Source: Faecalibaculum rodentium (GTDB lineage: Bacteria; Bacillota_I; Bacilli_A; Erysipelotrichales; Erysipelotrichaceae). From it: a stretch of 32,000 nt of DNA. Every line of letters begins with the position of its first letter. Position 1 is the stretch's first letter. Positions 15,121 through 24,056 of the stretch are shown here, in pieces. The notes beneath the pieces were generated by a model that ran no database searches, had not been told where the DNA came from, and saw only the letters and a program-made list of their open reading frames with translations. The translations under genes were made by a program, and so were the position numbers. The stretch spans positions 1,260,001-1,292,000 of the forward strand of contig NZ_CP011391.1 of NCBI RefSeq assembly GCF_001564455.1. The letters run 5' to 3'.

Positions 15121-17175
15121 CTATGCCAGACCGAAGGTGATTTTCCCTCTCGGGACATCCACATCTGTGCAGACAACATCCACTTTCTGTCCCATGCGAT
15201 AGGTCTTGTGATTGTTTTCCCCTTCCAGGGTCATCGTTCCTTCGTCATACCGATAGAAATCATCGGTGAGGGAATGACAGGGTACCAGGCCTTCTACCGT
15301 GTTGTCCAGCTCCACGAAGAACCCGAAGTTTGCCACACCGACCACAGTTCCCTGATACCGCTGACCGACTTTCTTTTCCATGTACCGGGCAGCTTCGTAA
15401 TCATTCACAAGGCGTTCCATGGTAATGGCTTCCCGTTCCTTGGTGGAAATGTGTTCGGCTTCCTTCTGGATTTTCCTGCGTTCACCCTTCATTTTTGTCT
15501 GATCGGCATTTTTATTGAAGAAATACTTGCGCAGCATCCGGTGAACCACAAGATCGCTGTACCGGCGGATCGGACTTGTGAAGTGTGTATAGTCCTCAAG
15601 TGCCAGGCCGAAATGACCGATATCCTCGGAATCATAACGGGCTTTCTGCATGGAACGAAGGGCCACCATGCTCAGGACATCCCGGCTGGTTTCATCTTCT
15701 ATAGTGTCCAGAAATTTCTGGATGTCTTTCGCACTGACTTCATCCGGATAAAAATCCGCCGGAACATTCAGTGCTTTTGCCATGTTCAGAACCGTTGCGA
15801 CTTTTTCCGGATCCGGGGTTTCATGGACACGGAATATGCCGGGGATCTTCTTTTCATCCAGGAATTTGGCCACAGCCACATTCGCCATGATCATCGCTTC
15901 TTCGATCATCTGTTCGGAAAACCCTCGTTCAGCCACGTAAATGTTTACCGGACGGCCTTTGTCATCCAGTTCAATGGTCGGCTCTTTTGTGGAAAAGCTG
16001 ATGTATCCCCGCTCCTTGCTCCTGGCCTGGAGTTTGTGCGTCAGTTCCTCAAAGTTCTTCAGCATATCCCTGACATCCTGGTATTCTTCCTGGACAGCCG
16101 GGTCTCCTGCCAGAAGCCGGTTTACGTCATTGTAGGTGCATCGTTTGTCAGAATGGATCACTGACTCCACAACATCTGTATCCATCAGATTGCCGTTGTT
16201 GTCCAGATCCATGACAGCCGTCAGTGTCAGCCGGTCCACGTCCGGGTTCAGACTGCAGATCCCGTTGGAGAGCTCGAAGGGCAGCATCGGCACGACTCTG
16301 TCCACAACATAGACAGAGTTGCCCCGAAGGAGTGCTTCCTTGTCCAGCGGCGAATCCTCCTTGACGTAATGAGACACATCCGCGATGTGCACATACAGGC
16401 GGTATCCCTTGTCGGTTTTTTCCAGTGAAATCGCATCATCGAAATCCTTGGAGTGATCGCCGTCAATGGTGACGGTAAGCAGATCCCGGAAATCGGAGCG
16501 GCCTTCCAGTTCCCGGTCGCTGACCGTTGACGGCACTTTGGAGGTCTCAGTGATCACTTCTTCGGGAAACTCCATCCGGACGTTGTTTTCATACAGCATG
16601 GCTTCGATGTCCACGCCTTTCTGTGAGGCCGGGCCCAGAAGACGGATGATTTTCACACCCAGCGGTCTGGTGTAGTCTACGACTTTCACCACAGCCTTGG
16701 TGTTGTTGGCCAGGGAAAACTCTTTGGCGTTCGTCAGCCGGAAGGCCGTGTGCAGATCCACATCACTGCGGAATTTCCATCCATCCCGGGTCTTGAGGAT
16801 GACGCCGGTGATATTTTCGATGCCTCTTTTGAATATGTGGATGATCCGGTTTCCGCCGGCGGATTTGCGGACCAGGACTTCATCCCGGTCAAAGGCATCC
16901 ATTCCATTGGATTTCCGGACATACACTTTCTGGTCGCCGTTGACGACGAGAAACTCAAACTTGGAAATGTCTTTCAGGCGCCCGACAAAGTAGTCCTCGC
17001 CGATCCAGCGCCAAACATCGCCGTCCTTCCAGACAAGGCGTTCATCTTCCATCTGCGCCAGTGTGTCCTTGAGGTCCTCTCTCTGTTCCTTGTTTTCTAT
17101 GTGCAGCTGCTGTTCCAGAGAAGACAGCGTGCGTTCTGGTGATTCCTTAAACAGGAGGATCAGCCGATCTTTCAT
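15121..17175 (-). CDS. rnr: ribonuclease R
   Basis: Track ORF 15121..17217. I prefer ATG 17175 (AAGGAG RBS). RNB domain motifs (DGDHSKDFDDAISLE, VYFPDRVVPMLP-like VYVVDRVVPMLP, HFGLALEDYTHFTSPIRRYSDL) and a C-terminal S1 domain (YQGTVVGVANFGFFVELD). Confidence 0.95.
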   Translation of the reverse strand: MKDRLILLFKESPERTLSSLEQQLHIENKEQREDLKDTLAQMEDERLVWKDGDVWRWIGEDYFVGRLKDISKFEFLVVNGDQKVYVRKSNGMDAFDRDEVLVRKSAGGNRIIHIFKRGIENITGVILKTRDGWKFRSDVDLHTAFRLTNAKEFSLANNTKAVVKVVDYTRPLGVKIIRLLGPASQKGVDIEAMLYENNVRMEFPEEVITETSKVPSTVSDRELEGRSDFRDLLTVTIDGDHSKDFDDAISLEKTDKGYRLYVHIADVSHYVKEDSPLDKEALLRGNSVYVVDRVVPMLPFELSNGICSLNPDVDRLTLTAVMDLDNNGNLMDTDVVESVIHSDKRCTYNDVNRLLAGDPAVQEEYQDVRDMLKNFEELTHKLQARSKERGYISFSTKEPTIELDDKGRPVNIYVAERGFSEQMIEEAMIMANVAVAKFLDEKKIPGIFRVHETPDPEKVATVLNMAKALNVPADFYPDEVSAKDIQKFLDTIEDETSRDVLSMVALRSMQKARYDSEDIGHFGLALEDYTHFTSPIRRYSDLVVHRMLRKYFFNKNADQTKMKGERRKIQKEAEHISTKEREAITMERLVNDYEAARYMEKKVGQRYQGTVVGVANFGFFVELDNTVEGLVPCHSLTDDFYRYDEGTMTLEGENNHKTYRMGQKVDVVCTDVDVPRGKITFGLA

Positions 17176-17188
17176 GGGTGCTCCTTTC

Positions 17189-17211
17189 AAAAAAAAGGCC
17201 ATCCGGCCTTT
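17189..17211 (-). terminator. weak hairpin/terminator between secG and rnr
   Basis: Minus strand AAAGGCC-ggat-GGCCTTT followed by TTTTT, then the rnr RBS. Probably partial termination or a processing site. Confidence 0.45.
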
Positions 17212-17440
17212 AAACAATCTGCAGTGCGAGTACCAGTCCGAAGAAGATGATGCCGAAGATCAGCGTCATGCGGCTGATCACCTTCTCAGGTCCCCGCTCT
17301 TTCTGTACCGCAAACAGATTCAGATCGCCGCTGCCGGTAAAGGCGGCGGACAGTCCGTCGGATTTCCCGCTCTGCAGCAGTGTCAGAATGATGATGATAC
17401 CGGATACGATCATCAGGCAGATATTCAGTGTCTGTTCCAT
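17210..17440 (-). CDS. secG: preprotein translocase subunit SecG
   Basis: 76 aa, two TM segments, conserved LLQSGKSDGLSAAFTG motif. Confidence 0.9.
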   Translation of the reverse strand: MEQTLNICLMIVSGIIIILTLLQSGKSDGLSAAFTGSGDLNLFAVQKERGPEKVISRMTLIFGIIFFGLVLALQIV

Positions 17441-17468
17441 TGTAGTTCTCGCTTCCTAATCAAAAGGA

Positions 17469-18257
17469 TCAAAGCCGGTCAATGCTGCCGTCTTCGATCA
17501 TGGCAGTCAGTTCATCAAGAGAACCGATCACCAGGTCGGGAACCATACCAAGATGGTCGATGTCATGCCGGTTGTGTACCCCGGATTCCACCAGAACCGT
17601 CTTTACGTGATTATTGTATCCCAACGCTATATCCGTTTCCAAATTGTCGCCCACAAGAATGACATCCTCGCGGCGCAGTCCGTGTTTTTCCAGCATGAAA
17701 TCGAGGATGGGAGCATGCGGTTTGCCAATATCCGGGCTTTTCTGCCCGGAGGCATATTCAAACAGGGCCACTACCGAGCCGTTTCCCACTTCGAACCCCC
17801 CTGGTTTTGCCAGAATACGGTCCTTGTTTGTTCCGATCAGGGCTGCACCATTCAGCAGATGACCCAGCGCACGGCTGTAGCCGGCATAGTCCATGGTTTT
17901 GTCCAGTCCCACAAACAAAGCCTGCGGTGCCCGATCCGTGATGCGGATCCCTTCCTGTTCCAGCGCTTCCCTCATGCCTTCCTGGCCTATGAACGCAGCG
18001 GTTTCGGTTCCCAGATTCCTGCGGGCCCAGGCCGCACTGGCCATGGCACTGTTGTAGAAATGCTCCGGCAGGATCCCTTCATAGCCCATTTCAAGCATGT
18101 GGCGGGCATTCTGCGCCGGTGTGCGCATGGAGTTGTTTGTCAGGAACAGAAACGGCCGGTTTTGGGCCAGAAGTTTCTTGACAAGACGGATGCCGGCTTC
18201 AATGGGCTCCGGCCCCCGATACATGGTACCATCCAGGTCGAGGACCAGCGTTTTCAT
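17469..18257 (-). CDS. HAD-IIA family hydrolase (NagD/YutF-like sugar phosphatase)
   Basis: MKTLVLDLDGTMYRG, FLTNNS, GKP, VGDNLETDI motifs. The ATG overlaps the nusG stop (ATGA). Confidence 0.9.
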   Translation of the reverse strand: MKTLVLDLDGTMYRGPEPIEAGIRLVKKLLAQNRPFLFLTNNSMRTPAQNARHMLEMGYEGILPEHFYNSAMASAAWARRNLGTETAAFIGQEGMREALEQEGIRITDRAPQALFVGLDKTMDYAGYSRALGHLLNGAALIGTNKDRILAKPGGFEVGNGSVVALFEYASGQKSPDIGKPHAPILDFMLEKHGLRREDVILVGDNLETDIALGYNNHVKTVLVESGVHNRHDIDHLGMVPDLVIGSLDELTAMIEDGSIDRL

Positions 18258-18805
18258 TCGCCGACCTTCTTCAAATCTCCGTAGGGAATTTCCGTGCTGG
18301 TTTCCCGCCCGAAAATAATCAGGGAAACCAGGGCTTCCTGTTTCTCGTCATCCATGGACTCCACTTTGCCAGTGCTGCCTTCAAAGGCACCCCCGATGAT
18401 TTCCACTTCATCCCCTGCTGCAAAGTCAGCCTGAACCGGCGTGCTGTCATGTCCCAGCCGCCGGAGAACGGAGTCGATTTCTTCCTGGCTCACCGGGAAC
18501 GGTTTGGCACCCTTGCCGGACGATCCGATAAATCCCGTCACACCCGGGGTGTTTCGGACAACATACCATGCTTCGTCGGTCATGATCATCTGGACCAGCA
18601 CATAGCCGGAAAAGAGGTTGTGGGTTTTCTCGACACGCTTGCCGTTTTTGTACTCCACTTCCTTTTCTTCCGCCACCACGATCTGGAACAGAGAATCTTC
18701 CAGACCCATGGTCTTGATCCGGCGCTCAAGATTTTCCTTGACGCGGTTTTCCTGACCGGCATAGGTATTGACCACATACCATTGTTTTTTCAGTTCTTCT
18801 GCCAT
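18254..18805 (-). CDS. nusG: transcription termination/antitermination factor NusG
   Basis: KQWYVVNTYAGQENRVKENLERRI..., FSGYVLVQM, VRNTPGVTGFIG, C-terminal KOW (GDEVEIIGGAFEGSTGKV). Confidence 0.97.
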   Translation of the reverse strand: MAEELKKQWYVVNTYAGQENRVKENLERRIKTMGLEDSLFQIVVAEEKEVEYKNGKRVEKTHNLFSGYVLVQMIMTDEAWYVVRNTPGVTGFIGSSGKGAKPFPVSQEEIDSVLRRLGHDSTPVQADFAAGDEVEIIGGAFEGSTGKVESMDDEKQEALVSLIIFGRETSTEIPYGDLKKVGE

Positions 18806-18859
18806 AATGTTTCGCCCTCATTTCATTCATTCACGGTTCCCGCTGAACCGCATAACAAC

Positions 18860-18886
18860 GGAAAACAGCACAGACGATGTCTGTGC
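18860..18886 (-). terminator. hairpin/possible attenuator between secE and nusG
   Basis: Minus strand GCACAGAC-atc-GTCTGTGC followed by TGTTTTCC. A second hairpin CGGTTC-agcgg-GAACCG lies downstream. Confidence 0.4.
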
Positions 18887-18894
18887 ATGTTCTC

Positions 18895-19092
18895 CTACAG
18901 ACTGACAATCCAGCTTACCAGGCTGGAAGCGGCCAGTTCGCAGATGAAAAAATATAATCCAAACAGCAGCGTAAAGCCGATGACCAGTCCTGAAGAGGAC
19001 ATCAGTTCACCGAACCGCGGCCATTGAACCTTTTTCAGTTCGCGAAAAATGCCGGCAGGTGAATACACTGCTTCTTTCTTTTCCTTGCTCAT
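18895..19092 (-). CDS. secE: preprotein translocase subunit SecE
   Basis: 65 aa. FRELKKVQWP motif followed by a single TM. Position between rpmG and nusG. Confidence 0.9.
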   Translation of the reverse strand: MSKEKKEAVYSPAGIFRELKKVQWPRFGELMSSSGLVIGFTLLFGLYFFICELAASSLVSWIVSL

Positions 19093-19101
19093 GCTGTCTC
19101 C

Positions 19102-19251
19102 CTACTTTGTTTCTCTGTGAAGCGTATGCTTTTTGCAGCGGGGGCAGTATTTTTTCAGTTCAAGCCGCTCCGTGCTTTTTTTCTTGTTCTTCTCTGTGGA
19201 GTAGTTCCGGCTAAGGCACTCCGTACAGACCAAAGTGACTTTATCCGCCAT
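19102..19251 (-). CDS. rpmG: 50S ribosomal protein L33
   Basis: Below the track cutoff. My translation is [49 protein letters not shown] (49 aa, CxxC...CxxC zinc ribbon). Confidence 0.93.
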   Translation of the reverse strand: MADKVTLVCTECLSRNYSTEKNKKKSTERLELKKYCPRCKKHTLHRETK

Positions 19252-19275
19252 AGTTTCACTTCCTTACAATCATTA

Positions 19276-19305
19276 ATGATACCTTCTTCAGGCAAGCACT
19301 GTCAA
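19276..19305 (-). promoter_or_regulatory. candidate promoter of rpmG-secE-nusG (TTGACA-18-TATCAT)
   Basis: Minus strand: TTGACA at 19305-19300, 18-nt spacer, TATCAT at 19281-19276. Confidence 0.55.
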
Positions 19306-19311
19306 TTTTCT

Positions 19312-19896
19312 TCACATACAGCCAGGATCCGGCTTCTGCCTTTCCGCATCCCGCAGAATATACCGTACCCTGCCTATGGACAGGCCGGTCCTCTCGCAGA
19401 TTTCCTTCAGTGTATATTCCATGGACCGCATGCTGAGAACCCTTGCCGCCTGCGCTCCCCTGTCTTTGCAGACAGACTGGTACAGTGCATCCAGCTGATA
19501 CCGGGCCTGGACCTGCCGGGCTACATTGACCCTGGGATCTTCGATGGACTCATGCACCGAACGGTCACCGTCAGGCAGGACATCATCCAGACTTACAAAT
19601 GTGGCGCCCGGATCCGGCTGCTTTCTGGCCCACTTGCGTCCCAGTGTCCGGATTCGGTTGACCAGGACCGACTTATAGTACGTGGAAAAAGAAAGATTCA
19701 GGTCCTGCCGCCAGGAGTTCAGACACTCGACCAGGACAGCATCGGCAACCTGGCGATAATCCTCAGGTTCCATATCCGGCGGTGTCAGGGACTGCAGACT
19801 GGCTGTCAGCGGATGATAGGCTTCGATCAGCAGAGCCAGTGCTTCCGGGTCCCGTAGATGATACAGATAAATCAGTTCATTGATATTGTTTTCCAT
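19312..19896 (-). CDS. sigma-70 family RNA polymerase sigma factor (SigH-like by synteny)
   Basis: 194 aa. Region 2-like N-terminus and a C-terminal HTH (YTLKEICERTGLSIGRVRYIL). Occupies the sigH slot between rlmB and rpmG of the Bacillus-type cluster. Confidence 0.8.
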   Translation of the reverse strand: MENNINELIYLYHLRDPEALALLIEAYHPLTASLQSLTPPDMEPEDYRQVADAVLVECLNSWRQDLNLSFSTYYKSVLVNRIRTLGRKWARKQPDPGATFVSLDDVLPDGDRSVHESIEDPRVNVARQVQARYQLDALYQSVCKDRGAQAARVLSMRSMEYTLKEICERTGLSIGRVRYILRDAERQKPDPGCM

Positions 19897-19934
19897 AGTT
19901 CAGCCTTTCAGAGTACTTCCGGCTGAACCCGCTG

Positions 19935-20651
19935 CTACCGGCCTCGCCGGGCGGCTTCCACTTCGTACATCAGGATCGCCGCTGTCACGGAAGCATTGAG
20001 TGAAGTCACGCTTCCATGCATCGGCAATGTCACAATATAATCGCACTGTTTTTTGACCAGAGGAGAAATGCCCTTTCCCTCCGACCCGATCACCAGGACC
20101 GTCGGCTCTTCATACATGCCATCCCGGTAATCCCTGGCATCTTTCATATCGGTGCCCGCGATCCAGTATCCCTGATCCTTCAGGGATTTCAGTGCCTGCG
20201 AAAGGTTAGTCACCACAGCCACCGGTACTGTATAAGCCGCACCGGTGCTGGCTTTCACCGCAGCGGGTGTCAGCGAAGCAGAGTGATGTCTGGTGATGAT
20301 CACTCCATCGGCTCCGGCACAGTCCGCAGTTCTGAGAATCGCCCCCAGATTGTGGGGATCCTGAATGCCGTCCAGAGCGATGTAAAACCCTTTGGCGTTT
20401 TTCTTTTTCTGCAGCAGTGTTTCCAGAGAATATGTGGGAATTTCCCGTACTCTGGCGGCAACGCCATTGTGTGCTGCGCCGCCAGTCAGCTGATCCAGAC
20501 GGCTTCTGGGCACTTCCACGACCGGAAGGTTCAGAGCTTCGGCTTTTTTCCGGAATTCACGGTCTTTCAGTGTGGAAGAAACATACAGTTCCTCCACGGC
20601 AGAAGGATCGTTTTCCAGCTGACTGATCACATTTTTTCCGTATACGATCAA
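19935..20651 (-). CDS. rlmB: 23S rRNA (guanosine-2'-O-)-methyltransferase, SpoU/TrmH family
   Basis: MIVYGKNVI... N-terminal substrate-binding domain. SpoU motifs LDGIQDPHNLGAILRTA, VIGSEGKGIS, SLNASVTAAILMYE. Confidence 0.9.
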   Translation of the reverse strand: MIVYGKNVISQLENDPSAVEELYVSSTLKDREFRKKAEALNLPVVEVPRSRLDQLTGGAAHNGVAARVREIPTYSLETLLQKKKNAKGFYIALDGIQDPHNLGAILRTADCAGADGVIITRHHSASLTPAAVKASTGAAYTVPVAVVTNLSQALKSLKDQGYWIAGTDMKDARDYRDGMYEEPTVLVIGSEGKGISPLVKKQCDYIVTLPMHGSVTSLNASVTAAILMYEVEAARRGR

Positions 20652-21037
20652 AGGGATTCATCTCCAATCTGTGCAAGACGTGTCAGCAGCATCTTCAGTC
20701 TGTCCGGGTGATGATACAGATGAAGGTACCCCAGAAGTGCTTCCAGGGCCGTTGCCTGAAGATATTCGCGTACGTCTGCGTTCTTTGCCTTTGTATGGAT
20801 GCGGGCTGCCTTGCCCCGTTGCAGGATGACGGCTTCATCCTCCAGGAAGAAGCCTTCTTTTTCCAGCTGGCGCAGCATCCTGCTCTGCGCCTTTGCCGAC
20901 AGGTATCGTGTGCTTTTTTTCTGCAGGTCATCCACCCGGGTATACCCTTTTTTCAACAGGTGTTCCCGGATGTACGTATTCATCAGTGCATCGCCCAGCC
21001 ATGCCAGTGTAACAGCATTTTCCGTGACGATTTCCAT
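20648..21037 (-). CDS. mrnC: mini-ribonuclease 3
   Basis: Track ORF extends to 21118. ATG 21037 overlaps the cysS stop (TGATG). AVTLAWLGDALMNTYIREHL... and ATALEALLGYL are RNase III-like signatures. 129 aa. Confidence 0.88.
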   Translation of the reverse strand: MEIVTENAVTLAWLGDALMNTYIREHLLKKGYTRVDDLQKKSTRYLSAKAQSRMLRQLEKEGFFLEDEAVILQRGKAARIHTKAKNADVREYLQATALEALLGYLHLYHHPDRLKMLLTRLAQIGDESL

Positions 21038-22371
21038 CAGAGGATATCCCGCTGCTGCAACTCGGCTCTGCAGGCATCGGCAGTCCCGAACTCCTTTGCC
21101 TTGACCGCGGCTTTCCACCGATGCCAGAGTTCCCTGTCGCCTGCAGTCAGGACAGGGAGGGTGAATTCAATGCCCATGACATGCAGCATGCGGGTGAGCG
21201 TTTCCAGAAGCGAAGCCACCAGGTCACCATCCAGTTCCCTGGCTCTTGCCGCCTGGTTCAGTTTCTTGACAGCCTCAAAGATGACAGCCGCTGCATTGGG
21301 TGTATTCAGGTCGTCATCCATGGCATCCATAAACTGCTTCCAGAGTCCTTCCTCCAGATCAGGTGTCCTGCTCCAGTCAGCAAGCTGCAGTTTGACAGAC
21401 GCCTGCTTCATGGCTGTTCGGATCTTTTCCAGTTCCCTGGCTGCTGCCGAAAATGCCTCTTCATTGAGATTCAGCGGGGCTCTGTAGTGGGTGGTGATCA
21501 TGACCCAGCGCACCACATTGCCACCAAACTGCGCAATGAGGTCTTTGGCCCACCACACATTCCCGAGTGACTTGGACATCTTCAGGCCATCAATGTTGAT
21601 CATGCCATTGTGTACCCAGACATTGGCCAGCGAAGTGTCATGCAGGCTCCGGCACTGTGCGATTTCATTTTCATGATGCGGAAACTTCAAATCCATTCCC
21701 CCGCCATGAATGTCGATCAGCGGTTTGCCGAACACATCCTGGATCATAACGACACACTCGGTGTGCCAGCCCGGACGACCTTTGCTCCACGGAGAATCCC
21801 ATCGGATACCCTTGTCTGTCTGTTTCCAGAGCGTGAAGTCCAGCGGGTTTTCCTTGACGGTGCTTTCCTCGATTCTTGCACCGACTTCCAGATCCTCCGG
21901 CCGCTGATGTGACAGCTCACCGTACATGGGATCGCTTGAAACACGATAATATACATCGCCGCCGGCCTGGTATGCAGCCCCTTTTTCCACCAGATCGCCG
22001 ATGAAGCGGATAATCTCATCCATGGTTTCGGTTACACGAGGAGAGACATCCGGCTGCTCCGCATTCAGATCCCGGCGGGTCTGTGCATAGGCTTCGATAA
22101 ACCGGTCAGTCACGGTCTTCTCGTCTGTGCCTTCTTCCATGGCAGCCTTGATGATTTTGTCATCCACATCAGTGTAGTTGGAGACATAGTTGACTGCATA
22201 TCCCTCTGCTTCCAGTGCCTTCTTCAATGTATCGAATACAACAATGGGCCTGGCATTTCCAATGTGCGGATAGTTGTAGACAGTGGGACCGCATACATAC
22301 ATCGAGACTTTTCCGGGCTCCAGGGGCTGGAGGACTTCCACGTTGCCGGTCCTTGAGTTGAACAGCCTCAT
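21037..22371 (-). CDS. cysS: cysteinyl-tRNA synthetase
   Basis: MYVCGPTVYNYPHIGNARP (HIGH), [14 protein letters not shown] zinc site. 444 aa. Confidence 0.96.
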   Translation of the reverse strand: MRLFNSRTGNVEVLQPLEPGKVSMYVCGPTVYNYPHIGNARPIVVFDTLKKALEAEGYAVNYVSNYTDVDDKIIKAAMEEGTDEKTVTDRFIEAYAQTRRDLNAEQPDVSPRVTETMDEIIRFIGDLVEKGAAYQAGGDVYYRVSSDPMYGELSHQRPEDLEVGARIEESTVKENPLDFTLWKQTDKGIRWDSPWSKGRPGWHTECVVMIQDVFGKPLIDIHGGGMDLKFPHHENEIAQCRSLHDTSLANVWVHNGMINIDGLKMSKSLGNVWWAKDLIAQFGGNVVRWVMITTHYRAPLNLNEEAFSAAARELEKIRTAMKQASVKLQLADWSRTPDLEEGLWKQFMDAMDDDLNTPNAAAVIFEAVKKLNQAARARELDGDLVASLLETLTRMLHVMGIEFTLPVLTAGDRELWHRWKAAVKAKEFGTADACRAELQQRDIL

Positions 22372-22541
22372 TCTCCGTCCTCCACCGGTCGCATTTCCAG
22401 CGACAGATCCCGGAACTGTGCCAGGAGATCCTCGCTGATGCCGGCTTCCTTCATTCTCTCTATATACGCCTTGTCAAGATCATCCACGTCTTTCGTGAGT
22501 TCATCCCGTTCGTCGTCCGTGATGCGCTGCTTGATGGCCAT
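22368..22541 (-). CDS. small acidic hypothetical protein (57 aa), translationally coupled to cysS
   Basis: Below the track cutoff. GAGGTGA RBS 4 nt before ATG 22541. Sequence MAIKQRITDDERDELTKDVDDLDKAYIERMKEAGISEDLLAQFRDLSLEMRPVEDGE. The stop TGA overlaps the cysS ATG (ATGA). Confidence 0.55.
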   Translation of the reverse strand: MAIKQRITDDERDELTKDVDDLDKAYIERMKEAGISEDLLAQFRDLSLEMRPVEDGE

Positions 22542-22621
22542 ACAATCACCTCATTTTTCTGTTGATTCCGTAAAATACCGTATCAGTTTCCGCAGTTTAA
22601 TTCAACCGGCAGCCGGGTATG

Positions 22622-22645
22622 AAAAAAGGACACCATCCGGTGTCC
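22622..22645 (-). terminator. rho-independent terminator after gap
   Basis: Minus strand GGACACC-ggat-GGTGTCC followed by TTTTTT. Confidence 0.85.
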
Positions 22646-22662
22646 TTCAGGAAGATCACTGT

Positions 22663-23694
22663 TTATGCTGCAGCTGCTTCGTGGTCCTTCTCGGCAAAGT
22701 ACTTGATCGTACGAACCATCTGAGAAGTGTAGGAGTTTTCGTTGTCGTACCAGGAAACAACCTGTACCAGCGTGTTGCCGTCGCCTGTCGGAGTTGCCAT
22801 TGTCTGAGTGGCATCGAACAGGGAACCGTACTTCATGCCGATGATATCGGACGAAACGATTTCTTCTGTGTTGTAGCCGAAGCTTTCTGTCTGTGCAGCA
22901 GCCATGGCTTCGTTGATCTGGTCAACGGTTACTTCGCCTTCAACTTCTGCAACCAGGATTGTGGTGGAGCCTGTGGGAACAGGAACACGCTGAGCGGAAC
23001 CGATCAGCTTGCCGTTCAGTTCGGGGATAACCAGACCAATGGCCTTGGCAGCACCAGTGCTGTTCGGAACGATGTTAACGGCTGCTGCACGGGAACGGCG
23101 CTTGTCGCCTTTGCGCTGCGGGCCATCCAGAGTCATCTGGTCACCGGTGTAAGCGTGAACGGTTGTCATGATTCCGGATTTGATCGGAGCCAGTTCGTTC
23201 AGGGCCTTTGCCATGGGAGCCAGGCAGTTGGTTGTGCAGGATGCAGCGGAGATGATCTTGTCATCCGGTCCGATGGTTTCTTCGTTTACGTTGTAAACAA
23301 TGGTCGGCAGGTCGTTTCCGGCAGGAGCGGAAATAACGACTTTCTTGGCACCGGCATCAACATGCGCCTGAGCCTTGGCCTTGGATGTGTAGAATCCTGT
23401 GCATTCCAGGACTACGTCAACATCCTTTTCGCCCCAGGGGAGTTTGGATGCATCGGCTTCCTTATAGATTTTGATTTCCTTGCCGTCCACGATGATGGAA
23501 TCTTCAGTAGCGGACACTTTGTCGGCCAGCTTGTAGGTTCCCTGTGTGGAATCGTATTTCAGCAGGTGAGCCAGCATTTCAGGGCTTGTCAGGTCGTTGA
23601 TTGCCACGATTTCGTAGTTGGGGTCGTCAAACATCTGACGGAATGCAAGACGTCCGATACGGCCGAAACCATTCAGTGCAACTTTTACTGTCAT
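22663..23694 (-). CDS. gap: type I glyceraldehyde-3-phosphate dehydrogenase
   Basis: [19 protein letters not shown], active site [17 protein letters not shown]. 343 aa. Confidence 0.97.
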   Translation of the reverse strand: MTVKVALNGFGRIGRLAFRQMFDDPNYEIVAINDLTSPEMLAHLLKYDSTQGTYKLADKVSATEDSIIVDGKEIKIYKEADASKLPWGEKDVDVVLECTGFYTSKAKAQAHVDAGAKKVVISAPAGNDLPTIVYNVNEETIGPDDKIISAASCTTNCLAPMAKALNELAPIKSGIMTTVHAYTGDQMTLDGPQRKGDKRRSRAAAVNIVPNSTGAAKAIGLVIPELNGKLIGSAQRVPVPTGSTTILVAEVEGEVTVDQINEAMAAAQTESFGYNTEEIVSSDIIGMKYGSLFDATQTMATPTGDGNTLVQVVSWYDNENSYTSQMVRTIKYFAEKDHEAAAA

Positions 23695-23726
23695 GTTCAG
23701 TAAATCCTCCTTTTAGTATCAATGTA

Positions 23727-23754
23727 ATTATAGCGCCGCGCCTTCTTTTGTCAA
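23727..23754 (-). promoter_or_regulatory. gap promoter (TTGACA-16-TATAAT)
   Basis: Minus strand: consensus -35 at 23754-23749 and consensus -10 at 23732-23727, about 32 nt upstream of the ATG. AAAGGAGG RBS. Confidence 0.75.
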
Positions 23755-24056
23755 TGAGAGCCGTTTTCTGGAAGCGCTTACGGAGAGGTGTTTCCTTCCC
23801 GGCGGGTCTTCTTGCGGAGAGTCTTTTACAGGGTCTTCGCATCCTGCAGTCTTCCTGTGCAAAGTGGCTCTTCTCCCGGTCCGAACGGGTGCTGCGAGCG
23901 GCGATATTTCCTTAGTCCTGGAGTCGCAAAACAGCAGTCAGTCCTCCCACTCTGAAGTGCGCCCTGAAACCGCTTCCTGTCAGACTCCCCTCCTGTTTCA
24001 GGCATTTTCATTCTGTGCTAAAATGAAAACCATATCATCTGAAAAGGAGGTTCTCC

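Noticed and set aside
22372-22662. Expected T-box or cysE upstream of cysS
   Set aside because: No GGTGGTACC-type T-box sequence or leader terminator is present. The space is occupied by the 57-aa ORF, a short promoter region and the gap terminator.
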